Numbered from the stretch's first letter, positions 27,741-36,829 are shown. The stretch: 64,000 nucleotides of DNA from an uncultured Gammaproteobacteria bacterium (GCA_964503265.1 CAZCYO010000001.1:290064-354063), one strand, 5' to 3'. The notes: generated by a model from the letters alone, not told the origin. Numbers and translations are program-made.

Positions 27741-27780
27741 GCTATAGGGCCGCGAAGGGAGAAATCCTGACGCGGCCCTT
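27741..27780 (+). terminator. GC-rich hairpin (terminator candidate) after 26686..27738
   Basis: AGGGCCGCG...CGCGGCCCT, a perfect 9-bp stem, directly after the stop codon. The U-tract is weak. Confidence 0.35.
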
Positions 27781-27781
27781 C

Positions 27782-28129
27782 GTGTATAATGCACATATGA
27801 TTTCGTATGCTGATTTTGAGCAGGTTGATATTCGAGTGGGGAAGATTATTGAAGTTTCAGATTTTCCAGAAGCTCGAAAACCTGCGTATAAGCTTTTGAT
27901 CGATTTTGGACCTGAAATAGGTACAAAGAAATCGAGTGCGCAGATTATAGAGAATTATTCTAAAGAAGAGCTTATGAATACCTACGTCCTTGGTGTCGTT
28001 AATTTTCCTCCGAAACAAATTGGTCCATTTATTTCAGAAGCACTCACCCTTGGTGTGAAAGATGAAAAGGGAAATGTCGTACTCGTTCGGCCAGATAAAG
28101 AGGCAGTGATCGGAGAGAAATTGTTTTAA
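27782..28129 (+). CDS. tRNA-binding domain protein (CsaA/YgjH-like)
   Basis: FEQVDIRVGKIIEV...LGVVNFPPKQIGPFISEALTLGV matches the Myf/EMAP tRNA-binding fold. TGTATAAT overlaps the first ATG, so the real start may be the second M. Confidence 0.7.
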   Translation: MYNAHMISYADFEQVDIRVGKIIEVSDFPEARKPAYKLLIDFGPEIGTKKSSAQIIENYSKEELMNTYVLGVVNFPPKQIGPFISEALTLGVKDEKGNVVLVRPDKEAVIGEKLF

Positions 28130-28131
28130 AT

Positions 28132-28644
28132 ATGAGTACTCCAGAATCACTTCAATCCCCACCCGAAGGATCCCCAATTGTAAGCCCATTTGACACGTTA
28201 ACATATACAGATAGAAAAAAGCTCTCCTTTACTACTCCTAATAAAATGATTGGAGATCTTGGAGTCGTTCATTTATCAGGGGATAAAGATTCTTTTTGGT
28301 GGACAGATGAAGAAGGATTTGCAGTTAGTAAAACAGGTATTATTACAGGTAAGGCGAGTGAGCTTGAGGAAGCAGGATATTTTGCAGCTGGATTCTCGAT
28401 CAAAGGTGCCAGATCTCCACTTCTTGTGACGACACGTCTTCATGGAACAGATTTCTCATGGAGTACTCTTGCTGACCCTCTGGAAGATAATCAAGCAGAG
28501 GGGTATCTCAATAAATACAATCTTGGAGCATTCTCATGGGTGTTAAACGGTGAAGAGAGAGAACGAACATTATTTATCCCAGATGACGTGAATACCCTTC
28601 ATTTACTTCGTTTTTCTTATGCTCCAGAACCTCAAAAAGAGTAA
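28132..28644 (+). CDS. Hypothetical protein
   Basis: 170 aa ORF with no recognised motif. Confidence 0.35.
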   Translation: MSTPESLQSPPEGSPIVSPFDTLTYTDRKKLSFTTPNKMIGDLGVVHLSGDKDSFWWTDEEGFAVSKTGIITGKASELEEAGYFAAGFSIKGARSPLLVTTRLHGTDFSWSTLADPLEDNQAEGYLNKYNLGAFSWVLNGEERERTLFIPDDVNTLHLLRFSYAPEPQKE

Positions 28645-28662
28645 GAGTGTATAATTACCTAT

Positions 28663-29223
28663 ATGAATACTGAATTTGCCAGTCGTGCAGGGGAGAAATT
28701 AGCATTTGCGTTAGAACAATTTGGGATAGAGCTTACTGGGAAAATTTGTGCAGACTTTGGCTGTAGTACCGGTGGGTTTACTGATGTCATGCTCCATAAT
28801 AGTGCGCAGAAAGTGTATGCAGTCGATACAGCCTATGGAGAACTTGCCTGGAAACTCCGTCAGGATCCACGTGTGGTCGTTAAAGAGAAGTCCAATGCGA
28901 TGCATATTGCACTCCCTGAGAAAGTAGATTTTCTGACAGTCGACACGAGCTGGACGAAGCAGTCATTCGTCCTTCCAAATGCGATCGCAAATACGAAGCC
29001 AGATGCACAAATAATTTCCCTGATCAAACCTCACTATGAAGCTGATAAACGCTTACTCCATAAAGGAAAACTCCTTGAAGAAGACGCTTTCCAAGTTACA
29101 GAAAATCTCATTCTCCAGATCGAAGAAATCCTCCCACTTAAATCCCTAGGTGTAATCAAATCCCCAATCACCGGCAAAAAAGGCGATAATGCCGAATACC
29201 TAGTGTTATGGAAGAAAACTTGA
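28663..29223 (+). CDS. tlyA: TlyA-like rRNA 2'-O-methyltransferase (FtsJ fold, no S4 domain)
   Basis: SRAGEKLAFALEQFGIELTGKICADFGCSTGGFTDVML...KVYAVDTAYGELAWKLRQDPRVVV matches the TlyA consensus SRGglKL...DiGaSTGGFTD. Confidence 0.7.
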   Translation: MNTEFASRAGEKLAFALEQFGIELTGKICADFGCSTGGFTDVMLHNSAQKVYAVDTAYGELAWKLRQDPRVVVKEKSNAMHIALPEKVDFLTVDTSWTKQSFVLPNAIANTKPDAQIISLIKPHYEADKRLLHKGKLLEEDAFQVTENLILQIEEILPLKSLGVIKSPITGKKGDNAEYLVLWKKT

Positions 29224-29233
29224 AATATTAATT

Positions 29234-29263
29234 GTCATCCTGGAGCGAAGCGATAGGATCTCA
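29234..29263 (+). repeat. Hairpin repeat copy (TGTCATCCTGGAGCGAAGCGATAGGATCTCA), left inverted end of GIY-YIG unit
   Basis: Member of the TGTCATYC...GRATCTCA family, ending 3 nt before the GIY-YIG ATG. Confidence 0.6.
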
Positions 29264-29265
29264 TA

Positions 29266-29502
29266 ATGAAACAGTACTACGTCTATATTGTTACCAATAC
29301 ATATAATACAACTTTTTATATTGGAATTACACATGACTTAATCAGAAGAATCTATGAACATAAGAGTAAATTACTAGATGGTTTCACAAAAAAATATAAT
29401 TTGACGAAATTAGTTTATTATGAAATCTACTCAGATCCTTTTTCCGCAATAACAAGAGAGAAATTTCTTAAAAATTTATTAAGAGTTAAGAAAATAGAAT
29501 GA
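29266..29502 (+). CDS. GIY-YIG nuclease family protein (UPF0213/COG2827-like, 78 aa)
   Basis: YYVYIVTN...YIGITHDLIRRIYEHK matches the GIY-YIG motifs. Confidence 0.85.
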   Translation: MKQYYVYIVTNTYNTTFYIGITHDLIRRIYEHKSKLLDGFTKKYNLTKLVYYEIYSDPFSAITREKFLKNLLRVKKIE

Positions 29503-29542
29503 ATAAAAGAAACGAATCCACTATTTAAAGAAATTGAGGTAT

Positions 29543-29581
29543 GAGATTCTATCAGCCACTACGAGGCTTCCAGAATGACAA
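29543..29581 (-). repeat. Hairpin repeat copy in inverted orientation (right end of GIY-YIG unit)
   Basis: Reverse complement TGTCATTCTGGAAGCCTCGTAGTGGCTGATAGAATCTCA. Confidence 0.6.
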
Positions 29582-29617
29582 TATATACTTATAATAAATC
29601 TACTATAAATTGTCATC

Positions 29618-29646
29618 TTGACACCTCCTTCTTTTCCTTTTATAGT
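29618..29646 (+). promoter_or_regulatory. Sigma70-like promoter candidate (TTGACA-17-TATAGT) for serine-biosynthesis leader
   Basis: TTGACA at 29618-29623, a 17-nt spacer, and TATAGT at 29641-29646. Confidence 0.45.
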
Positions 29647-29788
29647 GTTTGTACAGACGTTATATTCTGGACATTCCCCCAGAAGAGTCGCATACGGAAG
29701 CGTTAAGTTAGAAACGTATAAGTATAGCCGGAAGTCTCCGTTACAAGACAAGTAAAGTTCTTTCCAAGGCTAATTGGAGAGATAAAGT

Positions 29789-29838
29789 AAGGTGGCACCA
29801 CGAGTTAGCTCGTCCTTATATAAGGAGGAGCTTTTTTT
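29789..29838 (+). promoter_or_regulatory. T-box-like motif + intrinsic terminator in leader of serA::serB
   Basis: AAGGTGGCACCACG matches 12 of 14 positions of the T-box consensus AGGGTGGNACCGCG. It is followed by hairpin GCTCGTCC-TTATATAA-GGAGGAGC and TTTTTTT immediately before GTG 29839. The SD AAGGAGG lies in the 3' half of the terminator stem. Confidence 0.35.
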
Positions 29839-31656
29839 GTGAAAAAACCAACAATATTACTCACTAACCCAATTCACCCTGATGCAATTGCTCTATTAAA
29901 AGAGCATGCGGCGGTTACCGAAAAGTTCGGCATTTCTCACGATGATCTCGCTAAACATATTTCTCGTTTCGGTGCAGTCATTACTCGCTCAGATAACGCT
30001 ATTACACCCGCGATCATTGATGCAGCCACACATCTAAAAGTTATAGGCAGAGCAGCGATCGGTGTCGATACGATTGATATTCCTTATGCCACCAAAAAGA
30101 AAATAGCAGTCGTAAATGCACCTACAGGAAACTGTAACGCAGCTGCTGAACATACCATAGGTCTTATCTTCGCACTCGCTCGACACATACCAAATGCTCA
30201 CACAGATTTGACGAATGGTGTTTGGGGGAAACATAGATATATCGGCATGCAACTTGAAGGAAAAACACTTGGCATCATAGGACTTGGAAGAGTAGGCAAA
30301 CATGTCATGCGCATAGCAAAGAGCATAGGGCTTAGGGTCATTTATTACGATCCATTTGTTCGTTATGCTGACGCCAAACAAGTAGATCTTCACGAACTAC
30401 TCAAAATATCGGATTTCGTTACACTTCACACTCCACATACGAAACTGACAGATCAGCTCATAAACGAGCATACGTTAACACTCATGAAAAAATCAGCGTA
30501 TCTTATTAACTGTGCACGAGGAAAAGTCGTTAATGAAAGTGCTCTGATTACTGCACTTAAGAACAAACAAATTGCTGGAGCAGCACTAGATGTATATGAA
30601 CATGAACCGCTTATAGATAGTGAGTTGTCGAAACTTACGAATGTGGTTCTTACTCCTCATATTGGTGGCTCGACTGTGGAAGCACAACGCGCGACAGGGA
30701 TGGAAGTCGCGCAGGGAGTACTTAGTATTCTTCATGACGAAAAGCCAGAAAACTTACTAAATCCGGAGATCTATGCCCCACAAATAACATACTTCGACAA
30801 TGTCTCAACCATTATCTTTGACTGTGACAGTACACTTGTGACAATTGAAGGAATTGATGAATTAGCCCGGAATAAAGGTGTTGAAGCACAAATTATTCCA
30901 CTCACTGAGAAAGCGATGAATGGGGAGATAGACCCAGAAGATGTATTTAAAAAACGTCTTGAAATTATTAAGCCTACCAAAAAAGAACTTCTCGAATTGG
31001 GAAATCGCTATATTACCCATCTTCTACCTGGAACAAAAGAAATTATCAGAATGTTAAAAAAACAAGGAATTAACATATATATCGTGTCGGGAGGGTATGA
31101 TTTGCCCCTGCATATTCTGGCAGATTACTTGCATATACCGCGAAGAAATGTTCATGCAAATAAACTATTATTTACGAAAGATGGTGAATATAAAGCGATT
31201 GATAAATCAATTCCACTTTGGAAAAAAGGTGGGAAAAAGGAAGTTATCAATAATATATGTCATTCTGGAAAGCGAAGACTTTCCCAGAATCAAACTCTGG
31301 ACAAGAGAGGTCGAAGGCTCCCCCTGGGAGATGACAAAGAGGAAAATGGCAAAACAATCCTTGTGGGGGATGGTGTTACTGATGCACAGGCGAAAAGTGC
31401 TGTCGATATTTTTATCGGATTTGGTGGAGTTAAAAAACGTGAAGCGGTTAAAAAAGAAGCACATATTTACCTAGAATCACCCACACTTGCACCTCTTTTA
31501 CATATTGCAAATGAAAGTTTATGCAGGCATAATCGTATGAATATTGTTGAGCGAGAGTATTTTATTTCAGGACTAGATTACCTTCTCAATCCCGAAATGA
31601 CGACATTTGCAAGTCATCATCACAAAGAAGAAATTGTCCAACAATTATTACAATAA
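29839..31656 (+). CDS. Fusion: D-3-phosphoglycerate dehydrogenase (SerA-like) + HAD phosphoserine phosphatase (SerB-like)
   Basis: N-terminal half has GLGRVGKHVMRIAKSIGLRVIYYDP (NAD Rossmann) and a 2-hydroxyacid dehydrogenase layout. C-terminal half has IIFDCDSTLV (HAD motif I) and ILVGDGVTDAQAK (motif IV). GTG start with SD. Confidence 0.75.
   Translation: MKKPTILLTNPIHPDAIALLKEHAAVTEKFGISHDDLAKHISRFGAVITRSDNAITPAIIDAATHLKVIGRAAIGVDTIDIPYATKKKIAVVNAPTGNCNAAAEHTIGLIFALARHIPNAHTDLTNGVWGKHRYIGMQLEGKTLGIIGLGRVGKHVMRIAKSIGLRVIYYDPFVRYADAKQVDLHELLKISDFVTLHTPHTKLTDQLINEHTLTLMKKSAYLINCARGKVVNESALITALKNKQIAGAALDVYEHEPLIDSELSKLTNVVLTPHIGGSTVEAQRATGMEVAQGVLSILHDEKPENLLNPEIYAPQITYFDNVSTIIFDCDSTLVTIEGIDELARNKGVEAQIIPLTEKAMNGEIDPEDVFKKRLEIIKPTKKELLELGNRYITHLLPGTKEIIRMLKKQGINIYIVSGGYDLPLHILADYLHIPRRNVHANKLLFTKDGEYKAIDKSIPLWKKGGKKEVINNICHSGKRRLSQNQTLDKRGRRLPLGDDKEENGKTILVGDGVTDAQAKSAVDIFIGFGGVKKREAVKKEAHIYLESPTLAPLLHIANESLCRHNRMNIVEREYFISGLDYLLNPEMTTFASHHHKEEIVQQLLQ
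31258..31338 (+). repeat. 81-nt hairpin-repeat copy inserted in-frame in the SerB domain
   Basis: TGTCATTCTGGAAAGCGAAGACTTTCCCAGAATCA...GGGAGATGACAAA. Encodes about 27 extra residues (CHSGKRRLSQNQTLDKRGRRLPLGDDK) between HAD motifs III and IV. Confidence 0.55.
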
Positions 31657-31660
31657 TATA

Positions 31661-31740
31661 GTCATCCTGGAGCCCCGATGAACATCGGGACGATAGGATC
31701 TCACCAAGTGGGATTCTATCACTTCGTTCCAGAATGACAA
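31661..31740 (+). repeat. ORF-less inverted pair of hairpin repeats (MITE-like)
   Basis: GTCATCCTGGAGCCCCGATGAACATCGGGACGATAGGATCTCA at 31661-31703 and inverted TGTCATTCTGGAACGAAGTGATAGAATCC at 31711-31740, separated by 7 bp. Confidence 0.55.
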
Positions 31741-31749
31741 TAACTATAT

Positions 31750-32820
31750 ATGAACATTAACTTACGCATACCAGGACCAACCCCCATTCCACCACAAGTT
31801 CGTGAGGCACTCTCAGGTCAAATGATAAATCACCGTGGACCAGAATTTGCTGAAATTCTCTCTCGTGTTACCGCAAATCTTCAGACAGTATTTCAGACGA
31901 CAAATGACGTGCTCATCTATCCAAGTGCTGGAACAGGCATGATGGAAGCGACAGTTATCAATACCTGTAGTGCTGGAGATACAGTTATTGTGATTTCAAT
32001 CGGCACATTTGGAGAGCGATATGCAAATATTGCTAAGATTTTTGGACTGAATGTTATTACCGTTATTCATGATTCTGGACACGGTGCACATTTAGATGAA
32101 ATTAAAAAAGCACTTGATGCGAACCCAAATACGAAAGCCGTGTTTGTAACACATAACGAAACATCGACAGGTGTCACGAATGATCTTGAAAAAATTGCTA
32201 AGCTTATTAAAACATATGATGTACTCCTAATCGTGGATGCAGAATCATCACTTGGCTCAATTCCCGTTAAGATAGATGACTGGGGCATAGACGTAGCTCT
32301 CACAGCTTCACAAAAAGGCTTTATGTGTCCTCCCGGACTTTCTATGGTCAGTATCAGTAAAAAAGGGTGGGAAGCAGTTGAAAAATCGACACTTCCGAAA
32401 TTTTATTTTAACTTTCTCGATGCAAAACGATCTCTCCTTAAAGGACAAACTCCGTATACTCCCGCAGTCTCACTCTTTTTTGGAATTGACGTAGCGCTCA
32501 CTATGATGCTTGAGGAGGGACTTGAAAATATCTTCACTCGTCACAAAAGAATAGGAGAATTTACAAGAAACGAAATTAAGAAACTAGGATTATCACTTTT
32601 CCCATATGAAGAATTTGCATCAAATACTGTAACCGCGGTAAAAGTCCCAGAAGGAGTCGATGGAAAGAAGTTTTTAGACACTGCTCGAGTTGAACACGGA
32701 TTAGTACTTGGTGGTGGACAGGGAGATCTAAATGGTAAAATATTTCGCATTGGACATATGGGGTGGGTAAACGAAAAAGAAATTAGTGATGCGATAGCAA
32801 CTATTAAAATCATTTTGTAG
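31750..32820 (+). CDS. Class V aminotransferase (AGXT/SerC-like; probable phosphoserine aminotransferase)
   Basis: 356 aa. IPGPTPIPPQV...HRGPEF at the N-terminus and the PLP-lysine region LTASQKGFMCPPGL. The serC role is inferred from context. Confidence 0.65.
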   Translation: MNINLRIPGPTPIPPQVREALSGQMINHRGPEFAEILSRVTANLQTVFQTTNDVLIYPSAGTGMMEATVINTCSAGDTVIVISIGTFGERYANIAKIFGLNVITVIHDSGHGAHLDEIKKALDANPNTKAVFVTHNETSTGVTNDLEKIAKLIKTYDVLLIVDAESSLGSIPVKIDDWGIDVALTASQKGFMCPPGLSMVSISKKGWEAVEKSTLPKFYFNFLDAKRSLLKGQTPYTPAVSLFFGIDVALTMMLEEGLENIFTRHKRIGEFTRNEIKKLGLSLFPYEEFASNTVTAVKVPEGVDGKKFLDTARVEHGLVLGGGQGDLNGKIFRIGHMGWVNEKEISDAIATIKIIL

Positions 32821-32823
32821 CGT

Positions 32824-33678
32824 ATGGCTTTGGCAGAACTTCCCCCTACAGCGTTTTCCCATCAGATTGATCAAATCTCCTTCGGAGCTGTTCATGAAAG
32901 ATATGCAAAAAGCCCGTATGGTCAAAAACTTGAACAAGATGTTCGATTTCGTTGGTTTAAAGCAGAAAGTGTGTCAAATTCAGATTGGGAAGATCTTCTA
33001 GGATCAGACGTAAATAACTTGCGACATTTAAATCAATCATACGGATTAGCTAGACGATTTATTATGCGAAATCATAATCCAGGAATTAGTGATCGTGGCT
33101 CTGTATCACCAGATGCACTATTTACTCCTAAAGAACAGCAACTATTCTTATTTACAGCCATAGCGCATGACTGGGCAGAAGCGGAAGTCGGAGATATACA
33201 GTTTGGTACCAAAAGTGAAACGGATGCAGAGAGTGAGAACATGATTTTGCGCAGAATTATTGGTGAGATGCTGCCAGATGTTGATCCAACAGAAAGTCAA
33301 CTGCTTGGAGATCAAGTAGTAGGAATTTTGGACGATACGAGTTCAAAACTAGGAAAAGCATTTCATGTCGTTGAACGCCTTGGATACTTGCGAACAGGAC
33401 TTACCGCATGGAAAAAAAGTCAAGAAATGGCTGGTGATGAACAACACGGATTACAATTATTAACATTAAATGTAACTGGGAGACACGTGCCACATCTTCT
33501 TTCGTATAAAGAGACATATCCAGCAGTAGGTTCATTTTTTACTTCTCTTGCTCCACGTTTAGAAGAAGTTTTTGAAACAGGTAATCACATTGCTATGACG
33601 GACCACCCACAAAATACACAAGTAGTTCGAGATATGTTTCAATTTGCTCATACTGTATGGAGAACGCATACTCCATAA
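32824..33678 (+). CDS. HD-domain hydrolase candidate (YfbR-like 5'-deoxynucleotidase)
   Basis: AIAHDWAEAEVGDIQFGTK resembles the HDxxE...GD motif of YfbR. An upstream His sits in FGAVHERY. Confidence 0.35.
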   Translation: MALAELPPTAFSHQIDQISFGAVHERYAKSPYGQKLEQDVRFRWFKAESVSNSDWEDLLGSDVNNLRHLNQSYGLARRFIMRNHNPGISDRGSVSPDALFTPKEQQLFLFTAIAHDWAEAEVGDIQFGTKSETDAESENMILRRIIGEMLPDVDPTESQLLGDQVVGILDDTSSKLGKAFHVVERLGYLRTGLTAWKKSQEMAGDEQHGLQLLTLNVTGRHVPHLLSYKETYPAVGSFFTSLAPRLEEVFETGNHIAMTDHPQNTQVVRDMFQFAHTVWRTHTP

Positions 33679-33813
33679 CCAAGTCCCTATACTTGCTTTG
33701 TATTGACAGAACCATTATACTTGATGCGCCTTCAAACTAGCTTCATAGATGTAACATTTCAAAGTTTCAGATACATACTTTGCATTTGTAAAACTATGCG
33801 GTTTTGAAACAGT

Positions 33814-36735
33814 ATGAATACAGACAAAATTATTATTAAAGGTGCTCGTGAGCACAACTTAAAAAATATTGACATGGAGATCCCGAAGAACAAGTTAATT
33901 GTTTTGACAGGGCTTTCTGGAAGTGGAAAATCATCACTTGCGTTCGATACTATTTATGCAGAGGGACAACGACGATACGTTGAATCCCTTTCTTCATATG
34001 CGAGACAGTTCTTAGGAACGATGAAAAAGCCTGATGTAGATCTCATTGAGGGGTTGTCCCCAGCTATTTCTATCGACCAGAAGTCTACGTCACACAATCC
34101 ACGCTCAACTGTCGGGACAGTAACAGAGATTTATGATTATATGCGTTTACTTTTTGCACGCGTTGGTCATCCACACTGTCCTAATTGCGGTCGTGAAATT
34201 GCACAACAATCAAAAGAGCAAATCACTAATGCAATTATAGGACTTCCTGAACGGTTCCCACAGGAAGGAAAGAAACCACTGCGTGTTATGATTCTAGGTC
34301 CGCTCGTTAAGGATCGAAAGGGAGAATACACAGAACTTTTTAACAGTCTTCGCAAAAGAGGATACCAAAAGGTCAGAATTGATGGCACAGTCTATCCACT
34401 TGATGATGTGCCGGTTCTTATTAAGACAAATAAACATACAATTGAACTTATCCTCGATTCATTGTCAATCACAAAAGAAACAGAACGAACGAGACTCGCC
34501 ACTGACGTCGAGCAAGCGCTCCAATTTGGAAATGGTGAAATGATTGTCTCGATTATTAATGATGCATCATTTGATATTCCAGAACGGCCAACTGATATGG
34601 ATGATCAGTTATTCTCTGAAAAATTTGCTTGTCCGTTTTGTAATATTTCAATTAATGAAATTGAACCACGTATTTTTTCTTTTAATACTCCACATGGTGC
34701 GTGTCCGACGTGTTCTGGTCTTGGAAATATTTTAGGTGTTGATGAAGAATTAGTATTTAATCCAAATTTATCAATAAATGAAGGCGGTATTATGCCATTC
34801 TTCAACCTCGCAGAAAATGATACGTGGTTTTCTCGAACCTTTAAAACATTCTGTCGAGAAAATGATATTTCTCTAACCCAACAACTCTCAGAAATGCCTT
34901 CTGAAAAAAAACAATTACTCTTAAACGGAACAGGGGATAAAGAATATTATGTCGAAGGAGAAAATAGACTTGGTAGATCGACAGTTATTTCTGAGCCGTT
35001 TCGAGGAATCGGATTTGAACTTCGAAAACGATTTAATGAATCTGATTCTCAATTCATGAAAACCCAAATTGAGAAATTCATGAAACATGATACATGCCCT
35101 GACTGTCATGGGGCACGACTAAGAAAAGAAGCACTTTCAGTAACCATAGGTGGCAAATCAATCGTTCATGTGAGTGATTTACCGATCGGAAAAGCTCTCG
35201 CATTTGCAAATAGTTTGGATGGCATCCTTTCAGATAGAGAAAAAGAAATTGCGAAGTTAATTTTACGTGAAGTGAGACAGCGACTTGGATTTTTAGTCGA
35301 TGTCGGACTAGATTACTTAACTCTTGCTCGAACAGCAGCGACACTTGCTGGTGGAGAGGCACAGCGTATTCGATTAGCATCTCAAATTGGAAGTGGACTA
35401 ACAGGCGTGCTTTATGTACTTGATGAACCTTCGATTGGACTGCATCAACGTGATAATACGAGACTTATTGAAACATTAAAGCGACTACGAGATATTGGAA
35501 ATAGTGTAGTTGTCGTTGAACACGATGAAGATACGATGTACGCAGCTGATTATATTTTTGACTTTGGGCCTGGTGCCGGATTAAACGGAGGCTCAATTAT
35601 TGCTCAGGGAACAGCCGTAGAACTTGAAAAAAATCCGAATTCTATCACTGGCCAATATTTATCTGGCAAAAAGAAAATCCGAATAAATAAAAGTGCACCT
35701 CAAAATATTGTCGGTACGACAGAATATAAAGAAATTAACATTGTTGGTGCGTCAGAACATAATCTGAAAGATATTACTGTTTCAATTCCTATGAATAAAT
35801 TAGTCGTCGTTACAGGAGTATCAGGAAGTGGCAAATCGACTCTCATTAACGATATTCTCTTTCATGGCCTCATGCAAATGAAGAATTCATACCACAAAGA
35901 AAGACCTGGAAAAGTTATTGCGATCCAAGGACATGAACATATTCGTAATATTTTCGCAATTGATCAATCACCAATCGGCCGTACACCACGAAGTAATGCA
36001 GTTACTTATACCGGTGCATTTTCATATATCAGAGATATCTTTGCCAGTACGAAAGAAGCAAAAATAAGAGGATATGGACCTGGACGATTCTCTTTTAACG
36101 TCAAAGGTGGACGATGTGAAGCATGTGAAGGTGAAGGACAAATTAAAATTGAAATGCAATTTTTACCAGATGTATATATTCAATGTGAAATTTGTCATGG
36201 CAAACAATATAACAACGAAGCACTTGAAATTCTCTTTAATGGTAAATCAATTGCAGATGTCCTCGATATGAGTGTTAAAGAAGCACTCGAATTTTTTTCG
36301 TTTATGCCAGGACTTGCTCATCGACTCCAAACGCTTAATGATGTTGGACTTGGATATATTGGTATTGGACAGCCAGCACCAACGCTTTCTGGTGGAGAAG
36401 CACAGCGCATTAAACTGGCGACAGAACTTTCAAAGCGAGGACGAGATGCGATGTATATCTTAGATGAACCAACAACTGGACTTCATTTCGCAGATTTAGA
36501 AAAACTGTTACAGGTACTTCGCCAACTCGTAGACAAGGGTAACTCTGTCGTCGTTATCGAACATAATTTAGATGTAATTAAAAACGCAGATCATATTATT
36601 GATTTGGGACCTGAAGGTGGAGATGGTGGAGGAGAGATCGTGGCAACAGGTACACCTGAAGAGATAGCTGAAAATCCTGATTCCTGGACAGGAAAATTTC
36701 TTAAAGTGCTTCTGGAGAAAGAAAAAACGCGCTAA
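33814..36735 (+). CDS. uvrA: Excinuclease ABC subunit A
   Basis: 973 aa. Two ABC modules (GLSGSGKSS and [17 protein letters not shown] twice) and the zinc-finger cysteines CPNCGREI and CEACEGEG. Confidence 0.95.
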   Translation: MNTDKIIIKGAREHNLKNIDMEIPKNKLIVLTGLSGSGKSSLAFDTIYAEGQRRYVESLSSYARQFLGTMKKPDVDLIEGLSPAISIDQKSTSHNPRSTVGTVTEIYDYMRLLFARVGHPHCPNCGREIAQQSKEQITNAIIGLPERFPQEGKKPLRVMILGPLVKDRKGEYTELFNSLRKRGYQKVRIDGTVYPLDDVPVLIKTNKHTIELILDSLSITKETERTRLATDVEQALQFGNGEMIVSIINDASFDIPERPTDMDDQLFSEKFACPFCNISINEIEPRIFSFNTPHGACPTCSGLGNILGVDEELVFNPNLSINEGGIMPFFNLAENDTWFSRTFKTFCRENDISLTQQLSEMPSEKKQLLLNGTGDKEYYVEGENRLGRSTVISEPFRGIGFELRKRFNESDSQFMKTQIEKFMKHDTCPDCHGARLRKEALSVTIGGKSIVHVSDLPIGKALAFANSLDGILSDREKEIAKLILREVRQRLGFLVDVGLDYLTLARTAATLAGGEAQRIRLASQIGSGLTGVLYVLDEPSIGLHQRDNTRLIETLKRLRDIGNSVVVVEHDEDTMYAADYIFDFGPGAGLNGGSIIAQGTAVELEKNPNSITGQYLSGKKKIRINKSAPQNIVGTTEYKEINIVGASEHNLKDITVSIPMNKLVVVTGVSGSGKSTLINDILFHGLMQMKNSYHKERPGKVIAIQGHEHIRNIFAIDQSPIGRTPRSNAVTYTGAFSYIRDIFASTKEAKIRGYGPGRFSFNVKGGRCEACEGEGQIKIEMQFLPDVYIQCEICHGKQYNNEALEILFNGKSIADVLDMSVKEALEFFSFMPGLAHRLQTLNDVGLGYIGIGQPAPTLSGGEAQRIKLATELSKRGRDAMYILDEPTTGLHFADLEKLLQVLRQLVDKGNSVVVIEHNLDVIKNADHIIDLGPEGGDGGGEIVATGTPEEIAENPDSWTGKFLKVLLEKEKTR

Positions 36736-36829
36736 ACACAAGAAAATTCATCGGAAATCAATTACAATTAATAATATTGCTCTATTGTTACAGTCCTTCA
36801 TCGCTAAAAAACAATAGAATAATAGAACA

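Larger units (their letters stand above)
29234..29581 (+). mobile_element. Candidate minimal mobile unit: GIY-YIG ORF flanked by about 35-bp inverted hairpin repeats
   Basis: Inverted repeat copies at 29234-29263 and 29543-29581 bracket the 78-aa GIY-YIG ORF. The same termini occur as ORF-less inverted pairs elsewhere. Confidence 0.45.

Noticed and set aside
29521-29751. 76-aa minus-strand ORF between the GIY-YIG gene and the serA leader
   Set aside because: It overlaps a repeat copy and the predicted promoter and leader, has no motif, and is read as an ORF-finder artefact.
31097-31474. ORFs 31097-31474(+) and 31207-31464(-) overlapping serA::serB
   Set aside because: They arise from the palindromic repeat insertion and lie inside a strongly supported long ORF.
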